Assembly: GCF_000372725.1 (NCBI RefSeq)
Contig: NW_005201249.1
Coordinates: forward strand, 334,198-372,689
Direction: 5' to 3'
From: Emiliania huxleyi CCMP1516
Lineage: Eukaryota
DNA length: 38,492 nucleotides
Both the position numbers and the translations under genes were made by a program. Shown here piece after piece: positions 1-10,978 of the stretch (within the stretch, counting starts at the first letter, position 1; every line of letters starts with the position of its first letter). The notes beneath the pieces were generated by a model. That model worked only from the letters and a program-made list of their open reading frames with translations. It made no database searches and was not told the DNA's origin.

Positions 1-1322
1 CCAGGTTTCCCCTTAACTGCAGAACGCCCCCTCTACTCGGAGCTAGTGGACACGACACTAACTACTGATACGAGAATACATACCGCCCCCACGCAACTAC
101 TCGAAGATAATACGAGAATACGCAGCTGCGAGACGCCTATAAAGAAACAGCGAGGTAAAGTTCGGCGGCTATGATAAACCGAAAGTTGTCGTAAAACGCG
201 GGCGAAAGCAAAGCAGAGGGCGGGCGCTTTCTGCCGCAGCGATGCCCGCAGCCTGTCGAGCAGCTTCCGCGGCGCACACATGCGCCGCGGGGTTGAACGA
301 CAGCCGCGCCTCTCGTGCCACGCGCGGCGACGCGCACCCTGCGCGCCAGTCGGCGCACTGGCAGTACTGCACCAGCCAGCACGGCGTGGAGCAATGCATC
401 CAGGGCATTGTGTTGGGCGCCAGCCAGCATGCCTCAGCACAGAGCAAGAGCGCATGCTGCGCACCCTGGCGCAGCACCAGCTCGCCTCCAATCAGGCACT
501 CTCACCACTGCACAGCCGCCCACGAGCGCCCGCAGCTGCACTGCTCAACGCTCAAGCTCAGGAGCCTCCCCTTGTTGTCACAGCTTTGTGCAGTGCAGCG
601 TGCGAGCAGCGCAGCGCCAGGCAGACCCGTGGCACGCCCGGGCGGCTGTGGGACGGAGGCCCGCCGAGCGAGTGCGAGCCGCATCGGCGGCCATGTCTCC
701 CGCAGCCGCGAGCGAGCGGTGCAAAGAGGCAGCGTCGCGCATGCTTTTCCGTAACGGTCGCGGACACACTCCTTTCTTATGCGGCGTGCCGTCCTCCCAT
801 CCCTCCCTTGGGTTGTCTGTTTTCTTTCTTTCTTTCTTCACTCCCTTCACCAAGCGATGGAGACGCGTTCCGGCCCTATGCGCATGTCTTGTCGCCCTAG
901 GGGCTCGGGCCCCGGCCTGAACTCCTCACTGCACTGTTGCAGAATGTCCCCTTGTAAGAGAGAGATTTTTATTCTCTTCTCTCCTTGTAATGTAAATAAA
1001 TAAATACAACGGACATCCCAAGCTATGAATAGTAGGATCTTGTCACAGGTATGGTAAATTTCCGGAAATTTCTCCTTCCGAACAAGCCTGTCATATTTCT
1101 CAAAATATTTCGGGAAATCTACGTTTGCCCCAAGGGGTCCAGCATCGGCACGGCCCCTGGCACCGCGGCCCTTGCCGCGCTGCTGCTGCCCACGCTTCCT
1201 GCCCGGGTTAGGGACAGTGAAGGAGCAGCCGCGCACTCCGCCGCCGCTGACCTTTTTGTTTTCTTGCGCTTTCTCTTTTGGTTGGCCCGCCGGGAAACTT
1301 CCAAGAACATTTGCCTTTCGCC

Positions 1323-3205
1323 ATGAGATCCCGCTCTGGGGTCCTGCTCGCCTTCGCCACTGCCGCCGCTGCCTTCGCGCCGGCCCAGCTGCAGCAGCCT
1401 CGGCTCTCGTCCGCGACCGCGCCAGCCCTCTTGCCGGCGCGGCCGCTTGCTGCGACGCGGCCGCTTGTTGCGACGCGACCAGCTCGGCATGCGCAGCCTG
1501 CAATGTTCCTCGGCGTCCGCAAGGCGCTGATCTCGGTGCCGGTGCTGTACGTGCTGATGAGCCTCAACGAGTACGCCACCCACCGCTGGTATCAGCACGA
1601 GGAGTTTAACCGCAACCACGCCTTCAACCGGTGAGCCACTTCCGAGACACCTCTGGCACACGCCTGCGACACCCACCACAACCACGGACGTGACGATCCG
1701 ACGAAAGCCGCCACCTCGCGCTCGCATCCGCCGCCCACCTCCCTCCGCTCCCGCCCCGTCGCGCAGCTTCTTCCAGCGGCTGCTGTCGGTGCTCAAGAAC
1801 AGGCCGATGCGGCTGCCGGACGGGAGGGCCAACCTGGTCAAGCTCAAGGGCGGGGGACACGTCGAGGCGCGAGACACAGCCGAGAGAGAGAGGGCCGGGA
1901 TCGCCTCGACCGGGATCGCCTCGACCGCGCCAAGGGCAGCCGCCGTGTCGAGACGCGCAGTCGATCCTGTTCGCGCTTGCTTGCGCCGCCCCGCCGCCGC
2001 CGCTGCTCACCGCCGCCGCTCACCGCCGCCTGCGCTCTCGCCTCCGCTGGCTCTGCTCCCCCGGCCTCACCGGTGCCGCCCCCGCCGCCGCGCAGCACCA
2101 CGCCGAGACGTACGACGACATGTCCCTCAAGAAGGACAAGCGCTGGCGGCAGACCAAGGCGAACAGCCCTCGGGACTCGGGTGTCTGCTGGGCTGTCGCT
2201 TGGATGCGTCCGTGACGCATCCAGCGGCGCTGGCCACAGGCGGCCGCTTCGCTCGACTCGGACATTGCTCGCGGCACCGCCTTCTCGTGGGCGGTCACCG
2301 GGATGATGACGGTCCAGGTGCGGGAGGCACTTCCAGTCACGTCCAGCGCACGCACGCAACCCACCGCGAGGGCGGTGCACCCTCTTGGAGCCTCGTGGAG
2401 GGCTCGAGGGGTCGGAAAGAGGCTCCCGTCTCCGCTGCAAGAGTCGCTCGCGGCAACCGGCCGCAGCCGCACTGCCGTGTGTCTCTCACCCACCTTTGTG
2501 CGCAGATGCTGCCGAGCGCGCTGCCCGTGTTTGCGCTGCTCGGATTTGGACTGCTCGAGACGCTTGCAGTGCTTCTGCCGGGCATGCTGGTGCCGCGCCG
2601 CCGGGTGCGGGGCATGCTCCAACCGCGGGGCCTCTTCACGGCTCTGAATGTGGACAGGTGCACGCGCTGGTGTGGAACATGCTCCACCCGCCCATGCACG
2701 GCTTGCCGCCAGTCAAGCTGAAGTATGGCGCGCCGCGCTCGTCTCCTTTGGCGCATGCCCCGCCACACCGCGGACTGAGGGGAGGTGCGCGGTGGCGGTG
2801 GTTAGGCGCGCCTAGCTGGCCGCTGGAGGGGCTGCGCGACACGGCCTACTTCAAGTACATCTACGAGAACCACCAGGGCCACCACGTCCTCGGCGGCCAG
2901 GCCAACTACAATGTGCGCACGCCCAGCGCCGCCCACGCGCCTCGTGCCCCGCCGCGACGGCGCGTCACGCGGAGCGGCTGTCTCGCCAGGTCTGCTGCCC
3001 GCTCACCGACCACCTGCTTGGCACGTACGTCCCGACCGCCACGTGGGTCAAGCGGATGCGTAAGGTGCCCGGCCCCGAGGGCGAGCGGTGGGGCATCCCG
3101 GTCGAGCCGAAGGGCGTGCCGCAGGCGCCGATTATTGCGGCGGGCAAGGCCACCGAGCGGGACTTCACGCCGACCGCGCTCCTCAACGCGCCCGAGCCCG
3201 CCTGA
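1323..3205 (+). CDS. Plastid-targeted fatty acid hydroxylase/sterol desaturase superfamily membrane di-iron enzyme (8 exons)
   Basis: Hand-spliced exons 1323-1630, 1767-1866, 2096-2158, 2240-2317, 2506-2589, 2658-2727, 2806-2912, 2990-3205 keep one frame (4 GT-AG, 3 GC-AG introns). His boxes EYATHRWYQH, HVEHH, LHPPMH, HQGHH, then NYNV..TDHLLGT. Signal peptide followed by AAAFAP. Confidence 0.82.
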
Positions 3206-3737
3206 AGAAGGGGGGGCGCGAGTAGAGAGGAGCGGTGGGGGGCAAGGCGGTAGAGCCGCCGCCGGGCGTCTGCACTTCCGCTCGTGGCGCGCTCTTTTCG
3301 TCCCCACCGACTGACTGCGGTCTGCGGACGACATTTTGGACGATCGTCAGAACACGCATTAATTACCGCGCTGCTGTTGGTTTTGGTTTTCGCAGTCCAT
3401 CAAAAATGAAATGAAAAAACGGCGGCCGCGCGGGCATGTGGGCAACGGGCGCGGGCGCGTCCACTCCACGGACCACACACTCTATGGACGATCTGGTCTC
3501 GTGCTCGTGCGGGCGGGTCTCGCCTGCTATCTGGCCTCCACACTAAAAACGGGGACTCTAGCAGCGGCCGCGAATACTGAAGAGGGAATACCAATACATG
3601 AACCACGTCAAGTTCCTGTAGGCGGTCCCTCCCATGCGCTCTCTCCTTCCTGGTCCGTCATGCTGCCGATCGCACTTTTTGCACATTGCAGCTCCCGGTC
3701 CCACCCTCCAGCGCCGCCACACGCACAACATGTTGCC

Positions 3738-4209
3738 TCAGCGCCCGCCGAGCAACGGATCCTTATCCTCGCAGCAAGGCAGAGGTCCGAAGAGCGACCT
3801 CCGCCCACCGAGCATAGGGCCGATCCCACCGTCGGGGCAAGGGAGGCACACTGCTGATGGAGGTGCTGGCGGGGGGAGCGGGGAAGGAAACACATATGGC
3901 AAGGGATCGACCGGAGTGGGGGGTTCTTCGTACGAGAGATACGACTCGACGAGCTTCCGTTCTTCAGCCCGCCTGCAGCAACGGGGAGCAATTTTGGCCG
4001 ACCATCGTCGTGCTCGAGCTTCACTGCTGTTCCCGCAGCCAGCTGAAAGCATACGAACCGTGGGGAAATGCGAGGGCGGCAAGAGGGAGGGGGGGCGCGG
4101 GCGAGGCGAACCTGTTTTCGGCGAAATGGAGGTTTGGGTTGCTATCCGCCTTCTCTGCGGCCTTCGCTGGCGCGCCGAGCACAGCGGCAGCAAGCGAGGC
4201 GGCCAGCAT
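3738..4209 (-). CDS. Hypothetical small secreted, Pro-rich protein (2 exons)
   Basis: ATG at 4209 gives MLAASLAAAVLGA (signal-like). A GT-AG intron 3973-4024 joins ORF 4021..4497 in frame to ORF 3738..4193 (RAEERKLVESYLSYEEPP...RRSLFGPLPCC). The intron is only 52 nt and no family is recognised. Confidence 0.4.
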
Positions 4210-4222
4210 ATATTCGGCCCGG

Positions 4223-4409
4223 GGCACAGTCAGTGCAGCCATCCTCCGGAGCATGGCTGGTGATAATTCGATGGCAGCCGTCCGCCGCCCCCGCCACACG
4301 CACAAATGGCTGCGCGCTTGCCGCCCCCGGCCTCGCGGGACGGCTGCCATTGGCTGCCATCGAATTATCACCAGCCATGGCTCTGGAGGACGGCTGCAAT
4401 CTCTGTGCC
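4223..4409. mobile_element. MITE-like foldback with ~57-bp terminal inverted repeats
   Basis: 4223-4279 is the reverse complement of 4352-4409 (about 5 mismatches, 1 gap; perfect 28-bp core catggctggtgataattcgatggcagcc). No clear TSD. Confidence 0.55.
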
Positions 4410-4823
4410 ACAGCCATAGTAGATGGCTGAAATGGCTGAAATGGCTGTCCCCCAGCCATCTTACCCAAGATGGCTGCGATGTAGCCAGCTCAGCCAAGAG
4501 GGCTCACCTCGAGGCGGGCGGTAACCGGTTATGTATGGCTGCGGTAGTGCGTCTCCAGCCATGTCTACTAAGGATGGCTGCCGTGTGTGTGTTGCAGCCA
4601 TCGGGCTGAAGGATGTGGCTGCACTGTAGCTAGCTCAGCCATCCTTAGGTAAGATGCCTGTGTAGGAGACAGCACAGCCATAGTGCGCTTACATTCCGAG
4701 GTTAGCCGTTTGTGAAGAGAGACGCACGAGACCGCGCTCTCTCTTGTACCGAGCGCGCTTGTGCGCGAGCCGCAGCCGGAAGTGGATCTGGTAGCATGCG
4801 AGCGCGAAAACCTCTGGTGCACG

Positions 4824-6743
4824 ATGATGCCTTCTTCGCCGCCGGAGGTGCCAGAGAAGGCGCTAGAGAAGGCGCTAGCACGCGTCGTAGAGGCGTTAGT
4901 GGCTGGGCGAGGCGACGAAGCGGTGCTGCTGGCGTGGCTTGATTGCGGCGGGCGGGTCAACGCGACTTGCGGGGAGGGCGAGATGAGTGGCGTCACTGTG
5001 CTGATGCTCGCCGCCGGCAACGGCCACGAGCGGGTGGTCGAGCTGCTGCTGCAGCGCGGCGCGGAGATCAACTTGCAGACCTGCAAAGGCGGCACCGCGC
5101 TGATGGCCGCCGCCCAGCATGGCCACGAGCGCGTGGTCGAGCTGCTGCTGCAGCGCGGCGCGGAGATCAACTTGCATACCAGCGACGGCTACACCGCGCT
5201 GATGGGCGCCGCCGGCAAGGGCCACCCCGCCGTCGTCCTCCGCCTCCTTCGCGCGGGCGCAGATACAGCGGTGCGCTCTGAGGACGGCAAGACAGCGCTG
5301 CAGTATGCCAAGGAGGAGGGCCACGCAGCCAGCGTCGGCGCCTTCCGGCAGCACATCGAGGAGGTGACTGCGAGCCAGCGCGAGGCGGCGGCGGGCGGTG
5401 CGGGCGGCGCTTCCTCGGGCGAGGCGGCGGCGGGAGCGAGGGCCGCAGCCTCTTCCGGCTCGCCGGGCAGGCTTTCCGAAGAGGCCAGGCGCCTCGAGGC
5501 GGGGATAGCGGCTGCGCGAGGCGACGAGGCGGCGGTGCTGGCGTGGCTTGACAGCGGCGGGCGGGTCAACGCGACTTGCCGGGCAGGCGATGCGAGCGGC
5601 GTCACCGCGCTGATGCTTGCCGCCCAGAAGGGCCAAGAGGGGGTGGTCGAGCTGCTGCTGCAGCGCGGCGCGGAGATCAACAAGCAGGACGGCAACGGCT
5701 ACACCGCGCTGATGGACGCCGCCGGCAACGGCCACGAGCGGGTGGTCGAGCTGCTGCTGCAGCGCGGCGCGGAGATCAACATGCAGAACTGCAGAGGCAA
5801 CACCGCGCTGATGTTCGCCGCCGGCAGCGGCCACGAGCGGGTGATCGACCTGCTGCTGCGGCGCGGCGCGGAGATCAACTTGCAGGACAGCGGAGGCAAC
5901 ACCGCGCTGATGGACGCCGCCGGCAGCGGCCACGAGCGGGTGATCGACTTGCTGCTGCGGCACGGCGCGGAGATCAACCAGAAGGACAGCGAGGGCGGCA
6001 CCGCGCTGATGGCCGCCGCCAAGCGCAACCAATCCGCCGTCGTGATCTTCCTGCTGCGGGCGGGCGCAGACGCAGCGTTGTGCTCTGCGAGCGGCAAGAC
6101 GGCGCTGCAGGTGGCCAAGAAGCAGGGCCACGCCGAGTGCGTGCGCGCCCTCGAGGAGCATGCGGCGGCGGAGGCGGAGGCGGAGGCAACGGCGAGGGGG
6201 GCGGAGAGAGCGGCGGCGGAGGCGGAGGCGGCGCGGCATGCCGAGGCGCTGCTGGCGGAGGAGGAGAAGGAGAAGGAGGCGGAGCGCGCCAAGGAGAGCA
6301 AGACGGGCAACAAGAAGAAGAAGAAGGGGAAGGGCGGCGGAGGCGGCGCTGGGCCGTCGCGGGAGCCCGAGGATGAGGCAGCGCTGGCGGCGGGAGAGGA
6401 GGCGGAGTTGGCGGCGGCGCTCGAGGAGAGCGCGAGGCTGGAGGAGGAGAGGCGGGCGCCCGACGAGCAGGTGTCGTCCTCTTTGGCTGCAGAGAGGCCG
6501 CCTTCGGTGGAGGAGGAGGAGCCACCAGCCGACTTCGTCTGCCCGATCACGACCGAGGTCATGAGCGACCCGGTGATGGCGGCCGATGGGCATGCTTACG
6601 AGCGGACGGCGATCGAGCGCTGGCTCGCGACAAAGTCGACGAGCCCTCTGACGGGCGGCGAGCTCGAGCACCCATACCTCACCCCCAATTACATGCTGCG
6701 CCGGATGATCCGGGACTGGGACGGGGCGCGGAAGGCAGCGTGA
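4824..6743 (+). CDS. Ankyrin-repeat, U-box E3 ubiquitin ligase (intronless)
   Basis: About 10 ANK repeats (G.TALM.AA..GH..VV.LLL..GA.IN), a Glu/Lys/Ala-rich helical linker and a C-terminal U-box (PADFVCPITTEVMSDPV..DGHAYER.AIERWL...TSPLT...L.PN). First ATG at 4824; the ORF track opens on GTG at 4761. Confidence 0.9.
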   Translation: MMPSSPPEVPEKALEKALARVVEALVAGRGDEAVLLAWLDCGGRVNATCGEGEMSGVTVLMLAAGNGHERVVELLLQRGAEINLQTCKGGTALMAAAQHGHERVVELLLQRGAEINLHTSDGYTALMGAAGKGHPAVVLRLLRAGADTAVRSEDGKTALQYAKEEGHAASVGAFRQHIEEVTASQREAAAGGAGGASSGEAAAGARAAASSGSPGRLSEEARRLEAGIAAARGDEAAVLAWLDSGGRVNATCRAGDASGVTALMLAAQKGQEGVVELLLQRGAEINKQDGNGYTALMDAAGNGHERVVELLLQRGAEINMQNCRGNTALMFAAGSGHERVIDLLLRRGAEINLQDSGGNTALMDAAGSGHERVIDLLLRHGAEINQKDSEGGTALMAAAKRNQSAVVIFLLRAGADAALCSASGKTALQVAKKQGHAECVRALEEHAAAEAEAEATARGAERAAAEAEAARHAEALLAEEEKEKEAERAKESKTGNKKKKKGKGGGGGAGPSREPEDEAALAAGEEAELAAALEESARLEEERRAPDEQVSSSLAAERPPSVEEEEPPADFVCPITTEVMSDPVMAADGHAYERTAIERWLATKSTSPLTGGELEHPYLTPNYMLRRMIRDWDGARKAA

Positions 6744-7641
6744 CCGGGCTCGTAATCGCGCCCCATCCCTCGACCCCATCCCAGGGGTGTGCATGCGGAC
6801 TGTACCTCACAGTTGTGACGCGGGAGCGGCGTATACGACCGTACGAGGGAAGCACACGGCGTCCTGTGAGCGACACGCCGTACGCATCCATGATCCAAGT
6901 AAGACGTCCATTTAAAGCCGTAAGCGCAACGAAACCAACGATTATTTTTGCTCTATCGCGCGTCCCCCGTTATGCGGGGGGACAAGAAACCGCATCCCGA
7001 TGTCGAGCGTGGAGCGAGGAATATGATCTAGCTCAGATCTTAGCTCGGTCGTCGTAAAATCCCTGGTGGCGGCGTGCCGGCTGCCGCGTCCCCAATTCAC
7101 TCTCTCTGACACGCTAATCTTGAAAACGCGTCCAACGGAGCTCCGTGTTGCTCCCAGCGGAATCCCCCGCGCTTCCTGCGGCCATGGCCGATGATACTAG
7201 TATGAGAGGTCATCTGGATACCGCGAGCGCGACTCAACTCGCCGACGTCGTCCGATGATTGTGCCTCAAAGTCAGCCTCCGGAGGCTATCGTGGGGTCGA
7301 GCCGGCGGTAGCCGTGACATGTGGTTCCACCACCCCTCGCAGGCTTTGCCTCTGACCGCCACCGTTCCCAGGCTGCCTAATGGGATGGAAAGGAAGGCTG
7401 GGCGAGCGTATAGAAGCGTGCTCGACCTCGTCGTGGCAACCTGTACGGCAGCGCTGGCAGGCGCGATGAGCGTCGTGCCACTTGACCCAAGACGGGTCGC
7501 AGGCGTCGTACCGAGCGTGTCGAGACCGTGTCCTGATGTGATCTGCACGGGTGAGTCACGTCGGCGTCAAAGGAGCGACGTGCGACCTGTCAGAGCTTGA
7601 TCTCCGATCTCAGCGGCGTCGAGTCGTCTCCGGCGGCGACA

Positions 7642-7780
7642 ATTTGGTACATCTCCAGGACGCGCAGAGGCAGCTGCGATCCCGCCGAGTGGACGGTGGC
7701 ACACCGCGCCACCTGCTGTGTGCCGCCGTCTACTCGGCGGGGTCGCAGCTGCCTCTGGAAGGCACCGAGAGGTACCAAAT
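7642..7780 (+). other. Long imperfect hairpin (pre-miRNA-like or small foldback)
   Basis: Arms 7665-7704 and 7718-7757 (40 bp, 3 mismatches) with a 13-nt loop. Outer stem 7642-7655 / 7767-7780 matches 13 of 14. Confidence 0.6.
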
Positions 7781-8113
7781 GGCGCAAATGGTCAAATCAA
7801 GGTTTTGTAACGCGAGCTGTGCCACAGTGAATGGAACTAGCCCATCCCTCCCTTTGTCTCTTTTCTACGGCTCCGGTGGTGAGCCGGTGTGTGTGCCAGT
7901 CCGCGCCAGTCCGCGCCCTTGTCGTGCCAGTGTGCTGTGAGAGAGGCTTGTATTTTATAAGAATTCTTCTCTGGCAGACAGAGCAGCGGCCGCCCAGGCG
8001 GGCCGGCCGAGAGCAAAAAGAGTACACGTGGCGCAGCCCTGCTGCGACTCCGGCTCCGCACACTCGCACACCCCGCAGCCACCGCCCCTCACAACCAAAA
8101 CAGATTCTCATCT

Positions 8114-9846
8114 CTATCTCGCCGGCGCCTCCACGTGTGCGTCTTGAAGACGCTGTGGGTCGACCTCGGCCTCCGCGCCGCTCGAACCTCTGCTCACTCC
8201 CTCCGCATCGTCCTCTGGCCACAGCTCCGGCGCCGCCTTCGCCTCCTTGCGCGTCATCTCGAGCAGCGTCTTTGGCAGCGACTCCTCGGCCGCCTGGTAG
8301 CACGGCCCGAGCGAGGGCGAGAACGACCAGTGGCCGAGGCCGATGTCGACGCTGCGGTTGCGCGTCTGCACGCCCTCCGTCCGCTCGAAGAGCTCCGCGA
8401 GCCACTTCCCGTGCTCCGGCGGGCAGCCTACTCGCAGCGGCGCGGCTGAAATGGAGGGCGCCACAACGCAGGGCGGCGGCTGACCCGAGGGCGCGATGCC
8501 GGGGCTGCCGTCATCGTGCGCCCACCACACCGCCACGTGCTTGGTCCGGATGTGCCGCGGGTCGAAGCCCCACAGGGTGTTGGTGGCGTAGCACGTCATC
8601 TCGTACCCTTGCCCCACGTAGCCGCGCGCTCCCGTCCGCTTCTGATCCTCGGCGACCATCGGCAGCACCCACGGCCTCTCCTCGGCGAGCTTTGGCCAGA
8701 TCATGTGCCCTATCGCCATGGGCGGGGACGCAAACGGCAGCAGGTTGGTCACGTCGGCGAGCGTAAAGTTCCACGCGGCGTGCCACTCGCGCGGGTCGTT
8801 GTTCCGCACGAGGAAGAGGTCGTCCGCGTCGCACCGGAAGCCGAGCTCATCGCACAGCGGCGTCGACAGGTAGGGGCAGTTGAGTCCGAGGCCGATGCAG
8901 CGGTGCTCGGCGTGGTTGGGGCCTAGACAGGAACCGCGGCGAATCCAGACGGGGAGCTCGCGAGCAGGCCTCGAGGCACGACAGCTGGGCGCGCCAAAGT
9001 ACCACGCCACGGCGAGCGCGTGAGAGGTGCCGAGGCTGTGGCCGTCCACCAAGAACTCGTCGACCCCCTCCGCCCACAGGATGGGCGCGAGGTCGTCGCG
9101 CGGAAAGTTGGCGATTCGGCGGTCCGGCTGCACAGAGAGGGCGGACGCGGTGAGAGGATGAGTTTCGCTAAGAGGCCAGCTCTCCTCAGCCCGCCTGGAT
9201 GTCGCTGTAGCCCGAGTTGGGCATGGTGGGGGCGATGCCCCTGATGTTGAGATGCTTGAACATCTCGGCGTTCCAGGTGCACATGAGCCCGCCAGTGCTG
9301 GTCGCGCCGTGCATCTGAACCATGACTGTGGCGTCCTCCCTATTGCTGCCGTACACAAGGTACTCGACCACCTGTGTGAGGTTGATGAGTGCGTTAGGAC
9401 GCCACAAGTCATGCATCTGAACCACGACAGTGGCCCACCCGCCCGTCCTTCGTGGTGACATGCCGTCCAAAGCCGCCCAGTCGCTCGGCCGACGCGCGCT
9501 GCTCGTCCTCGCTAAAGGGTAGCTGCCCCCGCTCCTTGCGGTAGGTGCCGTAAACGAGCACCGAGGCGCAGAGCAGCGCCGGGCCGCCGAGCAGCGCCTT
9601 GAGCAAACCGTCAGTGCGCTTGACCAGCGCGACGAGGCTGATGGTCGTCAGGCCGAGCCAGGTAACGAGCCCGCGCTTGAAGGCGGTGCGGGAGGGCGGC
9701 GCAAACCTGCGGGTCCAGTTGAGCGAGACGCGAGAGCTCATATGCACACATGTATCAGCGATTGTCGGCCTTTCGAGCCCATTGCGCGGCGCTGAGTTTC
9801 TTCTTTTCGCTCCGAAAGTGGCTCCTGTGCTCCTTCCAATGTGCAT
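8114..9846 (-). CDS. Membrane-anchored alpha/beta-fold hydrolase (about 5 exons)
   Basis: Two N-terminal hydrophobic segments, DGR|VVEY, HG oxyanion motif (QMHG), P..G.SD, nucleophile elbow GHSLG, acid in HDD.CP and His in GLGH. Introns 9372-9438 and about 9129-9195, 8925-8992, 8430-8509. The start could be 9741 instead. Confidence 0.8.
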
Positions 9847-10447
9847 GGCGATCGCGACCGCGAGGTGGTGCGAGACGCGGCGTGGGAGCGGATCCGCCCG
9901 GTGGAGGAGGCGGGGAAGATGAGGGAATGGGACTGGGGGAGTGAGCGGCTTGCGGTTGCCGAGTGAATTGGTTGGAATCTGCCTTTTGTTGTTGTTGTAA
10001 CGCGAGAGAGTATAAATAAATAAATAAATAAAACGGACATCCCAAGGGGGGTTCCGCTGCTAGGGGAAACCCGGAGCGCAGAGCTAACCCTTGAGCACTT
10101 GAGCACTGGATAGGTAGGGTCGGTTCCGCATGGTACGGGACCCCTCGGAGACCCGTGTTTACTTTACGGCCCTTTCCCTGCGAACGCGCACCCCCCAGGG
10201 CTAGGGCTCTCTTGCCCGCAACCCGATCCCGATCATCCGGCCCGCTGGGTGCGCTCCTCAGCTCCCCGGCCCTGGATGTGAGGTTGCCGACTGCACTCCA
10301 AGTGCTCCAAGTGCTCCAAGCTAGGGCTGGGTCGAGGACAGACACGTCCCCACCTTTGCAGGATTTTGCAAAAGCGAGGGGGGAGGGCGCATCGCCGCGC
10401 GGAGAGGGCTGGGCACAGGGCACAGGGGATCTCTCTCGCATAGGATA

Positions 10448-10850
10448 CAGTCTGTTGCGGGCATTAAGAAAACAGGGCATTAAGAAACCACAGCGCGCCG
10501 CAGGCGCGGCCCCAAGAAAGGGCCCACACACGAGTGTGAACAGGAGCCCCGCTCAAATTTCCTCTTCGCCTGCGGCGCGCGCACTTGTCATTTTGCCTAA
10601 GTCTGCGGTGTTCTGGGCGGTGTGGATGGAGGTGTGTGCGTCTTCCTGTCATCCCAAGACTGCTGACTGGCGCATCGGTCCAGCGCTTCCTTATTGTCAT
10701 TTTACCTAAAAATTCGCCTAGATCCCGGCTGACCTGGGGTGCCGGCCGAAGCTAAGAAACCACGGCGTGGGGTGGGTGGGGTGGGTGGAAAGGCTTAGAA
10801 ACGGCGGCGTGCCGCGGGTATCCTGTTTTCTTAATGCCCGCAACAGACTG
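10448..10850. mobile_element. Tc1/mariner-type MITE (403 bp)
   Basis: Perfect 29-bp TIRs cagtctgttgcgggcattaagaaaacagg at 10448-10476 and 10822-10850. TA on both flanks, CAGT termini, no transposase. Confidence 0.82.
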
Positions 10851-10978
10851 TATGCACTCGGCGGCACGAGGGCAGGGCTGGGCGTCCTATTTGTGCTCCC
10901 CCCTGGACCCCTCGCTCTCTGGCACTATCCATCTGACCACTCATCTGAGAAACCCTCCTTATCAGCTGGTCAGCCGCC

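Noticed and set aside
33..920. Overlapping ORFs and 12-bp repeat atacgagaatac
   Set aside because: No domain or consistent codon pattern; expected at this GC content.
4896..6794. 632-aa and 287-aa minus-strand ORFs
   Set aside because: Antisense shadows of the GC-rich ankyrin/U-box gene.
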